64,000 nucleotides of DNA from an uncultured Ruminococcus sp. (GTDB taxonomy: Bacteria; Bacillota; Clostridia; Oscillospirales; CAG-272). A model generated the notes under the pieces. It made no database searches. It was not told where the DNA came from and was given only the letters and a program-made list of their open reading frames with translations. The stretch's first letter is position 1; each line of letters starts with the position of its first letter. A program made the position numbers and the translations under genes. The DNA is taken from contig CAZFVR010000003.1 in assembly GCA_964522215.1 (NCBI GenBank), forward strand, positions 68,561 to 132,560, written 5' to 3'. Positions 28,801 through 38,216 of this stretch are shown here, piece by piece.

Positions 28801-30141
28801 TTAAAACGGAAATTTCATTCCTTTTTTACCGCGCCCGCGGCGCTTGCCCTGCGATGAAAATTGCTTCATCAGCTTTTTTGTCTGCTCAAATTGCTTTAGC
28901 AGTCTGTTTACATCCTCAATGGATGTTCCGCTGCCCGCGGCGATGCGGCGCTTGCGGGAGGAGTTGAGTATCTCCGGCTTTACTCGCTCACGCGGAGTCA
29001 TGGATCTTATTATCGCCTCGGTATGTGCGATGGCTTTTTCATCTATCTTGACGTCCTTGAGCGCCGATGCGTTAACACCGGGCATCATACCAAGCAGCTG
29101 CTCCATAGAGCCCATGTTCTTTATCTGCGCAAACTGGTCAAGATAATCATCAAGAGTGAAGGTCTGCTCGCGCAGCTTACGCTCAAGCTCCTCGGCCTGC
29201 TTTTCGTCATACGCTGCCTCTGCCTTTTCTATCAAAGACAGCACGTCTCCCATGCCAAGTATACGACCGGCCATACGATCCGGATAAAACGGCTCGATGG
29301 CATCTATCTTTTCACCGACACCGACGAATTTTATCGGCTTACCTGTCACATAACGGACAGAGAGCGCCGCGCCGCCGCGCGTATCACCGTCAAGCTTTGT
29401 AAGGATAACGCCGGAGATATCCAGCATCTCGTTAAACTTTTCGGCAACATTTACGGCATCCTGACCTATCATTGAATCGATGGTGAGCAATATCTCGGTC
29501 GGAGAGGTCTCCGCCTTTATCGACTGAAGCTCACCCATGAGGGTCTCGTCTATATGAAGTCGACCCGCAGTATCGATGAAGACCATATCACAAAAGTTCT
29601 TTTTTGCGTACGCAAGGCCGTTTTTGGCAATGGTGACCGGGGAGACATCTATCCCCTCCGAATACACAGGAACACCGATCTGCTCGCCGAGTATTTGAAG
29701 CTGCTTTACAGCCGCGGGACGATAGACATCACATGCCACCAAAAGCGGACGTTTGCCCTGCTTTTTGTACATTGCCGCAAGCTTTGCGGCGTGTGTGGTC
29801 TTACCCGCGCCTTGAAGACCTACCATCATTATAACAGTTGGCGGGTTTGAGGCGATGGTGAGCTTTGCCTGCGTGCCACCCATGAGAGCGGTAAGCTCCT
29901 CGTTTACTATTTTTATTATCTGCTGTGCCGGCAAAAGTGACTCAAGCACATCCGAACCGACTGCACGCTCTGTTACCGTTTTGGTGAATTCCTTGACCAC
30001 CTTGAAGTTTACATCCGCTTCAAGCAGGGCCATTTTGACCTCACGCATGCCGGCGCGAACATCAGCCTCGGTAAGCTTGCCTTTGCTTTTGAACTTTTTA
30101 AAAGCCTCTGTGAGCTTTTCGCTCAAGCTTGAAAAGACCAC
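28801..30141 (-). CDS. ffh: Signal recognition particle protein Ffh
   Basis: 446 aa with N, G ([14 protein letters not shown]) and Met-rich M domains. Confidence 0.95.
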   Translation of the reverse strand: MVFSSLSEKLTEAFKKFKSKGKLTEADVRAGMREVKMALLEADVNFKVVKEFTKTVTERAVGSDVLESLLPAQQIIKIVNEELTALMGGTQAKLTIASNPPTVIMMVGLQGAGKTTHAAKLAAMYKKQGKRPLLVACDVYRPAAVKQLQILGEQIGVPVYSEGIDVSPVTIAKNGLAYAKKNFCDMVFIDTAGRLHIDETLMGELQSIKAETSPTEILLTIDSMIGQDAVNVAEKFNEMLDISGVILTKLDGDTRGGAALSVRYVTGKPIKFVGVGEKIDAIEPFYPDRMAGRILGMGDVLSLIEKAEAAYDEKQAEELERKLREQTFTLDDYLDQFAQIKNMGSMEQLLGMMPGVNASALKDVKIDEKAIAHTEAIIRSMTPRERVKPEILNSSRKRRIAAGSGTSIEDVNRLLKQFEQTKKLMKQFSSQGKRRGRGKKGMKFPF

Positions 30142-30225
30142 TTGTACCCTCCCCTCGTTCGTTTTATAGTGAGTTATCGTTATATATCGTTATTTTGTCG
30201 TTGTCTTATCTTGTTTGAAGATCCG

Positions 30226-30555
30226 TCAGCCGACGGTCTCTGCGATCCTGTCTATGACCGCGCGAAGATGATCATCATCACCCCGACCTATCAGCGCGCG
30301 CGCATCATCCGCCAAGCTCTCGATATCGCGAAAGCGGCGTGCAAGCCCCAGCTTTTCCTCATAAAACATAAGCTCATCGCCCGCTTTTTTTATAAGATCG
30401 CGCACTCCCTGCCGCGTGATGCCAAGGACAGCGGCGATCTCGGCCAAGGACATATCATCGTTATAATAACAATTCATCGCCTCTCGGCGGTGGTCGCTTA
30501 AAAGCTCACCGTAAAAATCCAAAAGATAGCCAAGCTCAAGATTTTTTTCAAACAA
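30226..30555 (-). CDS. ylxM: YlxM/UPF0122 putative DNA-binding protein (SRP-operon helper)
   Basis: LELGYLLDFYGELLS matches the YlxM N-terminus. A TTG start at 30555 gives a 110-aa protein; the ORF-track extension to 30657 is probably spurious. Confidence 0.7.
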   Translation of the reverse strand: MFEKNLELGYLLDFYGELLSDHRREAMNCYYNDDMSLAEIAAVLGITRQGVRDLIKKAGDELMFYEEKLGLARRFRDIESLADDARALIGRGDDDHLRAVIDRIAETVG

Positions 30556-30716
30556 AAGACCCGACCACCCTTTCAAAACTCCTGTTTTTATCGCATTCCG
30601 GACTTTCCCGCAAGCGTTTTTTGCGTGTAAAGCTTTTTGCTTTACATAGTATAGCACAGATCCGACGATATGTCAATAGGTAAATTTGATTTTGTTGAGT
30701 TTTTCGCCGCACTCGG

Positions 30717-30745
30717 TTGACAAACATATACAAGCACGTTATAAT
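30717..30745 (+). promoter_or_regulatory. Consensus sigma-A promoter (TTGACA-17-TATAAT) for the stand-alone ATPase gene
   Basis: Perfect -35 and -10 hexamers with a 17-nt spacer, about 50 nt upstream of the start. Confidence 0.5.
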
Positions 30746-30796
30746 AAATATAATCAAAATTAGGATACCCAAGCAAAGATAAAGGAACGTGTGATC

Positions 30797-31714
30797 TTGA
30801 AGTACATAGACAGCTTTACAGTCGCCTCCGACACGCAAGAGGTAGATTACTTTTTAAGCGATCGCCTGCAAAAATATGACATGCAGTGCTTCTCACAGAC
30901 GAGCTTATATCCGTTTGGGATATTTCCCAAGCGGGGGCTGCACCGCATTACGTTTGATAACATAACTCTGATATGTGGCGGCAACGGCTCGGGAAAGTCA
31001 ACTCTTTTGAATATAATAGCCAAAAAACTGCATCTGCGCCGCCGCGCACCCTTTAATTTCACTCCATATTATGAAGAATACCTTGGCATGTGTGATGCAG
31101 AGCTGACATTTGGCAGCACGCCACCCTCCGAAAGCAAGATAATTACGAGCGACGACGTTTTTGACTATCTGCTTGATATAAGATCGCTGAACACAGGGGT
31201 GGACAAAAGGCGGACCGAGCTTTTTCTTGAATACGAGCAAAAAAGAGAGCACAGCGGCGAATATCGCCTTGGCAGCCTTGAAGAATATGATGAATTGAAA
31301 CGGCGCAACGATGCGCGGCGGATGACGAGATCCTCATTCGTGAGTCGGGATCTGCCGCGAGATCTCGCAACACATTCAAACGGCGAGAGCGGATACACCT
31401 ATTTTACACAGGAGATAGACAGCGGTGCGCTTTATCTTTTGGATGAGCCCGAGAACAGCCTTTCCGCCACACTGCAAAAAAAGCTTGCCGATTTTATAGT
31501 CGATTCGGCTCGCTTCTACGATTGCCAGTTTATCATCTCCACCCACTCACCGTTTTTGATGGCTATGCGGGATGCCGTGGTGTATGACCTTGACACCACC
31601 CCTGTGAGCCAAGTGCCGTGGTATGACACCGCAAGCGTGCGTCTTTGGAATGATTTCTTTCTTGAGCATTATGACGAGATGCGTGAGGCGCGCGGCGCGG
31701 CGCGGGAGAGCTGA
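30797..31714 (+). CDS. Stand-alone ABC-type ATPase (AAA_21 / COG3910-like predicted ATPase)
   Basis: Walker A GGNGSGKST, ABC-signature-like HSNGESGYT, Walker B LYLLDEPENSL and H-loop ISTHSPFL. TTG start at 30797 with RBS AAAGGAAC; a GTG at 30791 is the alternative. The gene is visibly lower in GC than its neighbours. Confidence 0.75.
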   Translation: MKYIDSFTVASDTQEVDYFLSDRLQKYDMQCFSQTSLYPFGIFPKRGLHRITFDNITLICGGNGSGKSTLLNIIAKKLHLRRRAPFNFTPYYEEYLGMCDAELTFGSTPPSESKIITSDDVFDYLLDIRSLNTGVDKRRTELFLEYEQKREHSGEYRLGSLEEYDELKRRNDARRMTRSSFVSRDLPRDLATHSNGESGYTYFTQEIDSGALYLLDEPENSLSATLQKKLADFIVDSARFYDCQFIISTHSPFLMAMRDAVVYDLDTTPVSQVPWYDTASVRLWNDFFLEHYDEMREARGAARES

Positions 31715-31789
31715 ACCAAGCTTTTGACATCGATATTCGTGCTTCAGCGGAGAATGACGGTAATTTTAAGCTTAAATTGCAAAAAACAC

Positions 31790-31818
31790 TTGACAGAACG
31801 GCCGCAATTTAATATAAT
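31790..31818 (+). promoter_or_regulatory. Consensus sigma-A promoter (TTGACA-17-TATAAT) for mscL
   Basis: Perfect hexamers, followed by a structured GC-rich leader of roughly 125 nt. Confidence 0.5.
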
Positions 31819-31944
31819 TTAATTATCATCACAGGATCGTTGCGGAGCGGGAGCTCGGCGGCATCGTACCGGCAGGATCCCGATGCTCCAAAACGGGAAA
31901 ATTACATTTTTATGCCGCCCGCGGCGGCAAAACGGAGGATCATT

Positions 31945-32490
31945 ATGGCAAAAAAAGAAAAAAAGAAATCCGGCTTTTGGTCAGATTTTCGTAAATTCGT
32001 AATGCGCGGCAACGTCCTTGACCTTGCAGTAGCGGTGGTCGTCGGCGGCGCGTTCAACAAGATCGTATCCGGTCTTGTCTCCTACATCATCAACCCCTTT
32101 ATCGGCATCTTTATGAAAGAGGGCAGTCTTGACACCATCAAGACGGTTATCACCCCCGCAGTGCTTGCAGATGACGGCGTTACCGTTGTAACACCCGAGG
32201 TCGCTATCCTTTGGGGCACATGGCTTCAGACGATACTTGACTTTCTTATCATCGCGCTGGTCATATTCACCATCGTTCGTGTACTGACCAAGGCCGAGAA
32301 CACTCTTCACGCCCGTCAGATCGCCGAGAAGGCTGAGGCTGACAAAAAGGCCGCCGAAAAGGCAGAGGCCGAAAAGAAAGCCGCCGAGGAAGCAGCTGCC
32401 GCTCTCGAGGCTGAGAACAAGAGACTTCGCGAGTCCCTGCTCAACCAGGAAAAGCTGCTTGCCGACATCCTTGCCGCTGTTAAAAAGTAA
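31945..32490 (+). CDS. mscL: Large-conductance mechanosensitive channel with extended coiled-coil C-terminus
   Basis: Canonical N-terminus (FRKFVMRGNVLDLAVAVVVGGAFNKIV). RBS GGAGG upstream. C-terminal KAAEKAEAEKKAAEEAAAALEAENKRLRES repeat extension. Confidence 0.9.
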   Translation: MAKKEKKKSGFWSDFRKFVMRGNVLDLAVAVVVGGAFNKIVSGLVSYIINPFIGIFMKEGSLDTIKTVITPAVLADDGVTVVTPEVAILWGTWLQTILDFLIIALVIFTIVRVLTKAENTLHARQIAEKAEADKKAAEKAEAEKKAAEEAAAALEAENKRLRESLLNQEKLLADILAAVKK

Positions 32491-32537
32491 TACGGCGGGT
32501 ATCACGGCAACCGATAAAATATTACCGTAAAAGCATA

Positions 32538-32580
32538 AAGATCGATGTGTTAGCCATTGGCGGCGCATCGATCTTTTTTG
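32538..32580. terminator. Bidirectional intrinsic terminator
   Basis: AAAGATCGATG...CATCGATCTTTTTTG. Confidence 0.65.
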
Positions 32581-32606
32581 CTTTTTTAGTCATATCGGAC
32601 ATGTAA

Positions 32607-33584
32607 TTATTTATTTGTCATATGCCGCAGGTAGACGAGCATAGCACCGATATTGGGGGCTATACGTGCAACATCCCCCTCCACCTCTGTTGCGGGTATA
32701 CCGTATATGCGGAACAGCTCCAAGAGCAACTCGCGCAGAGGGGACGAGCCGCCGACATAGAACGGTGCTTGTCCCTGCAAGGCAGACACGATGCGCATAT
32801 CCCCCTCAAGTATCGCGCCCATCATAAAGTTTGCGGCATCATCCGAGTCATGCGAGAGGCGCGGCATGACCCAGACCTTTGAAAGCGCCGGGGAGAGACC
32901 CCATTTCGCGGCAAATTCCGCGCCCCATTTCAGCATATCCGGGCGTATCTCGCGTATGGCGGGATGCGGCACAACACGGCGAAGCAATGTGTTTTCGGAT
33001 ACCGCGGCCGTCAGCTCGCCACACATGGAGGAGTAGATACCGTCGATCCGCCCATCTCCATCCACGGTGATGATCTTGTTATATGAGCCGGGGAGCAGTA
33101 ATGTAAACGCGCCCTCAATAGCGCAAAGCGCGGCAATGCCGTAAAGTTCGCACTCCTCGCCGCTCATCACCTCGGTGCGCATTATATCACCCTTGCCCTT
33201 TGTGCCCGGGATGAACAGGATGGGAACATCCGCAACCTTTGGCATGTGCACAAGCTCGGAGGCCGCGGCGGTATCGGCGATAGATGCCGGAGTGATGACG
33301 TGATGTATGTGGTGTATGCCTATGTGAGAGGAAAGAGTGCCGGAGCAGATAACGGCATCGACCACGGAGGTATCGATCCCCGCGCCGCCGCAGATCTCGC
33401 GTATGCCGCGCCCCAAGGAGGAGGAAAGTATTTCGGAGGAGCTTTCACGCACGCCGTCACGTGCGCCGATCCGGTATTTTATCTCATCAAGCGGGCGAAG
33501 CCCTACCGCCTCGCGTGCATCTTTTGGTGTTGGATAGAGCCGCAGTCGCATATTTGTAGTTCCGCAATCAACAAGGATAAGCAT
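32607..33584 (-). CDS. 2-dehydro-3-deoxygalactonokinase (DgoK)-family sugar-acid kinase, orphan
   Basis: 326 aa from MLILVDCGTTNMRLRL (RBS AAGGTGA upstream). DIMRTEVMSGEECELYG resembles the DgoK MRGEETQLIG motif. The ORF-track start at 33731 is likely an over-extension. Confidence 0.55.
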   Translation of the reverse strand: MLILVDCGTTNMRLRLYPTPKDAREAVGLRPLDEIKYRIGARDGVRESSSEILSSSLGRGIREICGGAGIDTSVVDAVICSGTLSSHIGIHHIHHVITPASIADTAAASELVHMPKVADVPILFIPGTKGKGDIMRTEVMSGEECELYGIAALCAIEGAFTLLLPGSYNKIITVDGDGRIDGIYSSMCGELTAAVSENTLLRRVVPHPAIREIRPDMLKWGAEFAAKWGLSPALSKVWVMPRLSHDSDDAANFMMGAILEGDMRIVSALQGQAPFYVGGSSPLRELLLELFRIYGIPATEVEGDVARIAPNIGAMLVYLRHMTNK

Positions 33585-33716
33585 GTTTATCACCTTTACT
33601 TTGACTTTTATAGTTTTGAATGAATAATCTCGTTTATTTATTTTGGCGAGAGCATTATCGTCGGGATAATTATACATCAAAATTTGCCGATTGTCCATAT
33701 ACCTGCGGCTTTTTTG

Positions 33717-33745
33717 TTGACATTTCGACATTTGGCTGATATAAT
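33717..33745 (+). promoter_or_regulatory. Consensus sigma-A promoter (TTGACA-17-TATAAT)
   Basis: Perfect hexamers upstream of the DUF853 ATPase gene. Confidence 0.5.
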
Positions 33746-33789
33746 AATAATGTTAATTTACAGAATGACATCACCCCGGAGGTCTATAC

Positions 33790-35298
33790 ATGCTCAAGGA
33801 TGGAAAGATACTTATAGGCATTGGCGACGAGCCCGCCGCCATACTGCCATCGATGGCAAACAGGCACGGTCTTATAGCGGGCGCAACAGGCACCGGCAAA
33901 ACGATAACACTAAAGGTCATGGCGGAGTCCTTCTCCGACCTTGGTGTACCGGTTTTTTTGGCGGATATCAAGGGCGACCTTGGCGGATGCGTCAAGGCAG
34001 GGGCTGCCAATGCATCGATAGACAAACGCCTGGTCGGCATGGGTATGGATCCTGCCGAATTTAAATACCAAAGCTACCCCGTACGATTTTGGGATGTTTA
34101 CGGCGAGGGCGGTCACCCTGTAAGGACCACCGTCAGTGAGATGGGCGCCTCCCTGCTCTCCCGCCTTTTGGGACTTACCGATGTGCAAGCGGGCGTGCTC
34201 TCGATAGTTTTTCGCGTAGCCGACGACAAGGGCTGGCTGCTGATAGATCTTAAGGATCTGCGCTCGATGGTGGCATATGTTGCAGATCACGCCTCCGAGC
34301 TTTTAAATCAATACGGCAACGTCTCACGCCAGTCGGCAGGAGCGATACAGCGCGCACTTTTGCGGCTTGAGGATGAGGGCGGGGCGCTGTTTTTCGGTGA
34401 ACCCGACATAAAGCTTTCCGACTGGATGCAAACGGATGAGTCGGGGCGCGGGTATATAAATATCCTGCACTGCGCCAAGCTCTCCTCCTCCCCACTGCTG
34501 TATTCCACATTCATGCTGTGGCTGCTTGCCGAGCTGTTTGAGGAGCTGCCTGAGGCAGGAGACCTTGAAAAACCAAAACTCGTTTTCTTCTTTGACGAAG
34601 CTCACATGCTCTTTAACGATGCCCCAAAGGCACTACGCGACAAGGTGGAGCAGGTGGTTAAGCTTATAAGATCAAAAGGCATTGGCGTATACTTTATTAC
34701 CCAACAGCCATCGGATATTCCCGACCCGATACTTGCCCAGCTCGGTAACAGAGTTCAGCATGCCCTGCGAGCCTACACGCCCGCCGAGCAAAAGGCGATA
34801 CGCGCCGCGGCGGATTCCTTTAGGACCAACCCGAAATTTGAAACCAAGACGGTGCTGACAGAGCTTGGAACAGGCGAGGCACTGGTGAGCTTTCTTGATG
34901 AAAAGGGGCGCCCCTCCATCGTCGAACGCGCAACTATACTGCCGCCGCAATCCTCCATGGGTGCAATTGACGACGAGCGCCGCCGCGCCGAGATACACGC
35001 GGACGATCTTTTTGGCAAGTATGAGGTTGCGGTAGACAATGAATCCGCCTACGAACTGATAGAAGCGGAACGTCGGGCCGATGAAGAGGAGGCGATCGAG
35101 AGCGCCGAGCGCGAGGCCAAGGAAAAGGAAAAAGAGAAGGAAAAGAAAGAGAAAGAAAAGGCAAAAAGCAAGAAAAAGTCAAGCACTAAAAAGTCAGCCA
35201 TTTCCAAGGCAGCAGATTCGGCACTCAACAGTGTCGGACGCGAGCTTGGTCGCCAAATAGGCCGCGGGCTTTTCGGTACCATCAAAAAGCTTTTTTAA
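33790..35298 (+). CDS. HerA-like / DUF853 (YjgR-type) P-loop ATPase
   Basis: 502 aa. Walker A GATGTGKT and Walker B FFFDEAHMLF. C-terminal Lys/Glu low-complexity tail (EKEKEKEKKEKEKAKSKKK). Confidence 0.8.
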   Translation: MLKDGKILIGIGDEPAAILPSMANRHGLIAGATGTGKTITLKVMAESFSDLGVPVFLADIKGDLGGCVKAGAANASIDKRLVGMGMDPAEFKYQSYPVRFWDVYGEGGHPVRTTVSEMGASLLSRLLGLTDVQAGVLSIVFRVADDKGWLLIDLKDLRSMVAYVADHASELLNQYGNVSRQSAGAIQRALLRLEDEGGALFFGEPDIKLSDWMQTDESGRGYINILHCAKLSSSPLLYSTFMLWLLAELFEELPEAGDLEKPKLVFFFDEAHMLFNDAPKALRDKVEQVVKLIRSKGIGVYFITQQPSDIPDPILAQLGNRVQHALRAYTPAEQKAIRAAADSFRTNPKFETKTVLTELGTGEALVSFLDEKGRPSIVERATILPPQSSMGAIDDERRRAEIHADDLFGKYEVAVDNESAYELIEAERRADEEEAIESAEREAKEKEKEKEKKEKEKAKSKKKSSTKKSAISKAADSALNSVGRELGRQIGRGLFGTIKKLF

Positions 35299-35323
35299 CC
35301 GCTGTCTTAAACCAAAATACAAA

Positions 35324-35361
35324 ATATCGGCTCGATCCTCACATTGAGATCGAGCCGATAT
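35324..35361 (+). terminator. Intrinsic terminator hairpin
   Basis: ATATCGGCTCGATC-ctcacattga-GATCGAGCCGATAT, a 14-bp perfect stem. Confidence 0.5.
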
Positions 35362-35562
35362 TGATTCCCGATAATATATTGATATTATTATTAACATTTT
35401 CTCTTTACAATACACGACAGAATATGATATAATAATATGTAAGATCATCTTTTTCGAGCGGACGATCGGATAAGATCATACAGCATACTTCATCCATCAT
35501 TAGTCTTCCGCCATTCCCATGACACGAAAGACAGCCCGCGCGGCTGTTGAAAGGACAGCTAT

Positions 35563-38085
35563 ATGAAGCCAAAGCAAAAGGAACAAAAAAAGGACGGACG
35601 GACGGCGCCCCTCTCCTTTTTGAAAAAGAGCGGCAAAATGAGCGCCAGCGCGCAGGAACGCGCCAAAAGATACACGCCGGATCCCGACCGCGGCCTCAGC
35701 CCGGAGGAGGTGGCCGAGCGTACCGAGGCAGGGCTTTGCAATGTTTCGGTAGACAAGACCGGTAAATCCACAACGCAGATAATCCTATCCAATGTTTTTA
35801 CCTACTTTAATATGATCTTTTTCATTCTGGCGGCGATATTGCTGGTGGAAGGGTCATACAACAACCTGACGTTCCTTTGCGTTGTGTTTGTAAACACGAT
35901 CATAGGGACGATACAGGAGATAAAAGCCAAGCGCACGCTTGAGCGGCTGTCACTGATCTCCGCACCTGTCAGCAAGGTGATAAGGAACGGTAAGACCGAG
36001 GAGATAAGCAGTGATTCCCTGGTGCTTGACGATATAGTAATATTTGAGGCGGGCAATCAGATATGCGCCGATGCGATAGTTTGTGACGGCACGCTGACCG
36101 TTAACGAGTCACTGGTAACAGGTGAATCGGATGAGATAAAAAAAGTTGCGGGCAACACCCTGCTCTCCGGCAGTTTTGTGGTATCCGGTCGTTGCCGCGC
36201 ACGTCTTGACCGCGTGGGGCATGAATCCTTTGCCGCAAAGCTTACCCTTGATGCAAAAAAGATCAAAAAAAGACAGCAGCCCGGCATGATGCGCTCGCTG
36301 ACCTTGCTGATCAAGGTGATAGGCGTTATAATAATCCCGGTCGCCATATTTATGTTTATAAATCAAAAGAACGTAATAGGCATGACCACCAAGGAGAATA
36401 TAGAGAGCACTGCGGCATCGATCATAGGCATGATACCCGAGGGGCTTTATCTTTTGACGAGCGTTGCTCTTGCGGTAAGCGTTATGCGGCTTGCCAAAAA
36501 GAAGACCCTGGTGCATGACATGAAGTGCATTGAAACGTTGGCGCGTGTTGATGTCATCTGCGTTGATAAGACCGGTACGGTAACAGAGCCAGAGATGCAT
36601 GTAAAGCAGGTAATTCCCCTTGAGGATGACAGCCAAAGCGCCGCGGCAAGATGCCACTCGCTTATTCGCGACATGGTGCTAAATCAATCCCCCGACAATG
36701 CGACCATGCGCTCACTGCAGGAATTTTTTGATGACAAAAAGGACTACAGGCGCGCAGTTAGTGTAAAAAGCTTTTCATCCGAAACAAAATACAGTGCCGT
36801 AGCGTTTAGAGACACGGCATATCTGCTCGGCGCGCCGGAATTTATACTGCGCGATGAATATGATGAATTTCGCGAGGCGATAGAGGCGCATTCATCTGTC
36901 GGTGAGCGCGTTTTGCTGTTTGCCGAATACAGCTATGAGCGCGGCGGTGATGAGGATATATTCGCTGACGGCACACTGCGCGGAATAGTGATCCCGGAGG
37001 CGCTGATAACACTTGAAAACAGAGTTCGTCCGGAGGCGCGCGAGACATTTGAGTATTTTGCCAAGCAGGGAGTGGCGATAAAGGTCATATCGGGTGACAA
37101 CCCCGTGACAGTATCACGCGCGGCTATGACAGCGGGCATTCCCGATTCGGATAAGTTTATTGATGCCGGAATGCTTGATACGCCGGAAAAGATAGAGCGC
37201 GGCATACTTGAATACAATGTTTTTGGTCGTGTTACGCCGGAGCAAAAGCGGGCGTTCGTTCGTGCGCTTAAAAAGAACGGTCACACGGTTGCCATGACCG
37301 GTGACGGTGTTAATGATGTGCTGGCGCTGAAGGATGCCGATTGCAGTATAGCAATGGCCTCCGGCAGTGATGCGGCTGCAAATGTTTCCGACCTTGTTTT
37401 GCTTGATTCAAACTTCTCCTCAATGCCCTCGGTAGTGGCGGAGGGGCGGCGTGTTATAAACAATATAGAGCGCTCGGCATCGTTGTTTTTGGTGAAAAAT
37501 ATTTTTTCCTTTATACTTACCATGCTGGCGCTGATAAGCTCCTCGATGTATCCCTTTAAGCCCGCACAGCTCTCGCTGGTATCTGCGGTGATGATAGGTG
37601 TCCCCTCCTTTGTGCTTGCGCTTGAGCCAAACACCGATATCGTGCGCGGCAGATTTTTGCGGAACGTGCTTTTCCGCTCCTTCCCTGCCGCGCTTACCGC
37701 CGTAATACTGGTGGCGTGGTCACTGCTGTTTTCGACCGCGTTTGATATTTCCGGCGAGCTTACATCGACCGTTGCGTTTTATCTTTACTCCTTTGTAGCA
37801 TACATGATGCTCTACAAGGTCTGCCGACCGATGAACCTCCTGCACAAGCTGCTGTTCGGCTCGATGGGTGTGCTCTTCCTGCTTGCTGTGATAATAATTC
37901 CCGGCTGGTTTGACCTGGTCACACCAGACCGTGGTTGCGCGCTGATACTTGCGGCACTCGGGCTGCTTGCATTCCCGATAAATCGTGTGATAAGCAATAT
38001 ATTTGCAAACTTTGAGGGCTGGATCAGAATCATCAAGGATTTTATAAAGCGAGACATGGAGCGCACTGCGGAGAGCGACCGATAA
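35563..38085 (+). CDS. Cation-transporting P-type ATPase (P2-type, Ca2+-ATPase YloB-like)
   Basis: 840 aa. ICVDKTGTVTE (DKTGT phosphorylation site), TGDGVNDVLALKDAD and TGES motifs. About 10 TM helices. Confidence 0.9.
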   Translation: MKPKQKEQKKDGRTAPLSFLKKSGKMSASAQERAKRYTPDPDRGLSPEEVAERTEAGLCNVSVDKTGKSTTQIILSNVFTYFNMIFFILAAILLVEGSYNNLTFLCVVFVNTIIGTIQEIKAKRTLERLSLISAPVSKVIRNGKTEEISSDSLVLDDIVIFEAGNQICADAIVCDGTLTVNESLVTGESDEIKKVAGNTLLSGSFVVSGRCRARLDRVGHESFAAKLTLDAKKIKKRQQPGMMRSLTLLIKVIGVIIIPVAIFMFINQKNVIGMTTKENIESTAASIIGMIPEGLYLLTSVALAVSVMRLAKKKTLVHDMKCIETLARVDVICVDKTGTVTEPEMHVKQVIPLEDDSQSAAARCHSLIRDMVLNQSPDNATMRSLQEFFDDKKDYRRAVSVKSFSSETKYSAVAFRDTAYLLGAPEFILRDEYDEFREAIEAHSSVGERVLLFAEYSYERGGDEDIFADGTLRGIVIPEALITLENRVRPEARETFEYFAKQGVAIKVISGDNPVTVSRAAMTAGIPDSDKFIDAGMLDTPEKIERGILEYNVFGRVTPEQKRAFVRALKKNGHTVAMTGDGVNDVLALKDADCSIAMASGSDAAANVSDLVLLDSNFSSMPSVVAEGRRVINNIERSASLFLVKNIFSFILTMLALISSSMYPFKPAQLSLVSAVMIGVPSFVLALEPNTDIVRGRFLRNVLFRSFPAALTAVILVAWSLLFSTAFDISGELTSTVAFYLYSFVAYMMLYKVCRPMNLLHKLLFGSMGVLFLLAVIIIPGWFDLVTPDRGCALILAALGLLAFPINRVISNIFANFEGWIRIIKDFIKRDMERTAESDR

Positions 38086-38136
38086 CGGCCGGCGCAAAGT
38101 CTATTGCACATAAGACGCCCAATTAGCAAATACGAA

Positions 38137-38174
38137 CCCAACGCCCCCACCGTGTGAACGGTGGGGGCGTTGGG
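38137..38174. terminator. Bidirectional intrinsic terminator
   Basis: CCCAACGCCCCCACCG-tgtgaa-CGGTGGGGGCGTTGGG, a perfect 16-bp GC-rich stem. Confidence 0.8.
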
Positions 38175-38216
38175 CCTCTTATTATTTAGACTTTAGACTT
38201 GTTTATGTTTGTGATC

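Noticed and set aside
35090-35215. Short-period nucleotide repeats (gaaaaggaaaaagagaagg...)
   Set aside because: Not a CRISPR or tandem non-coding repeat. It encodes the EKEKEK/KSKKK low-complexity tail of the DUF853 protein in frame.
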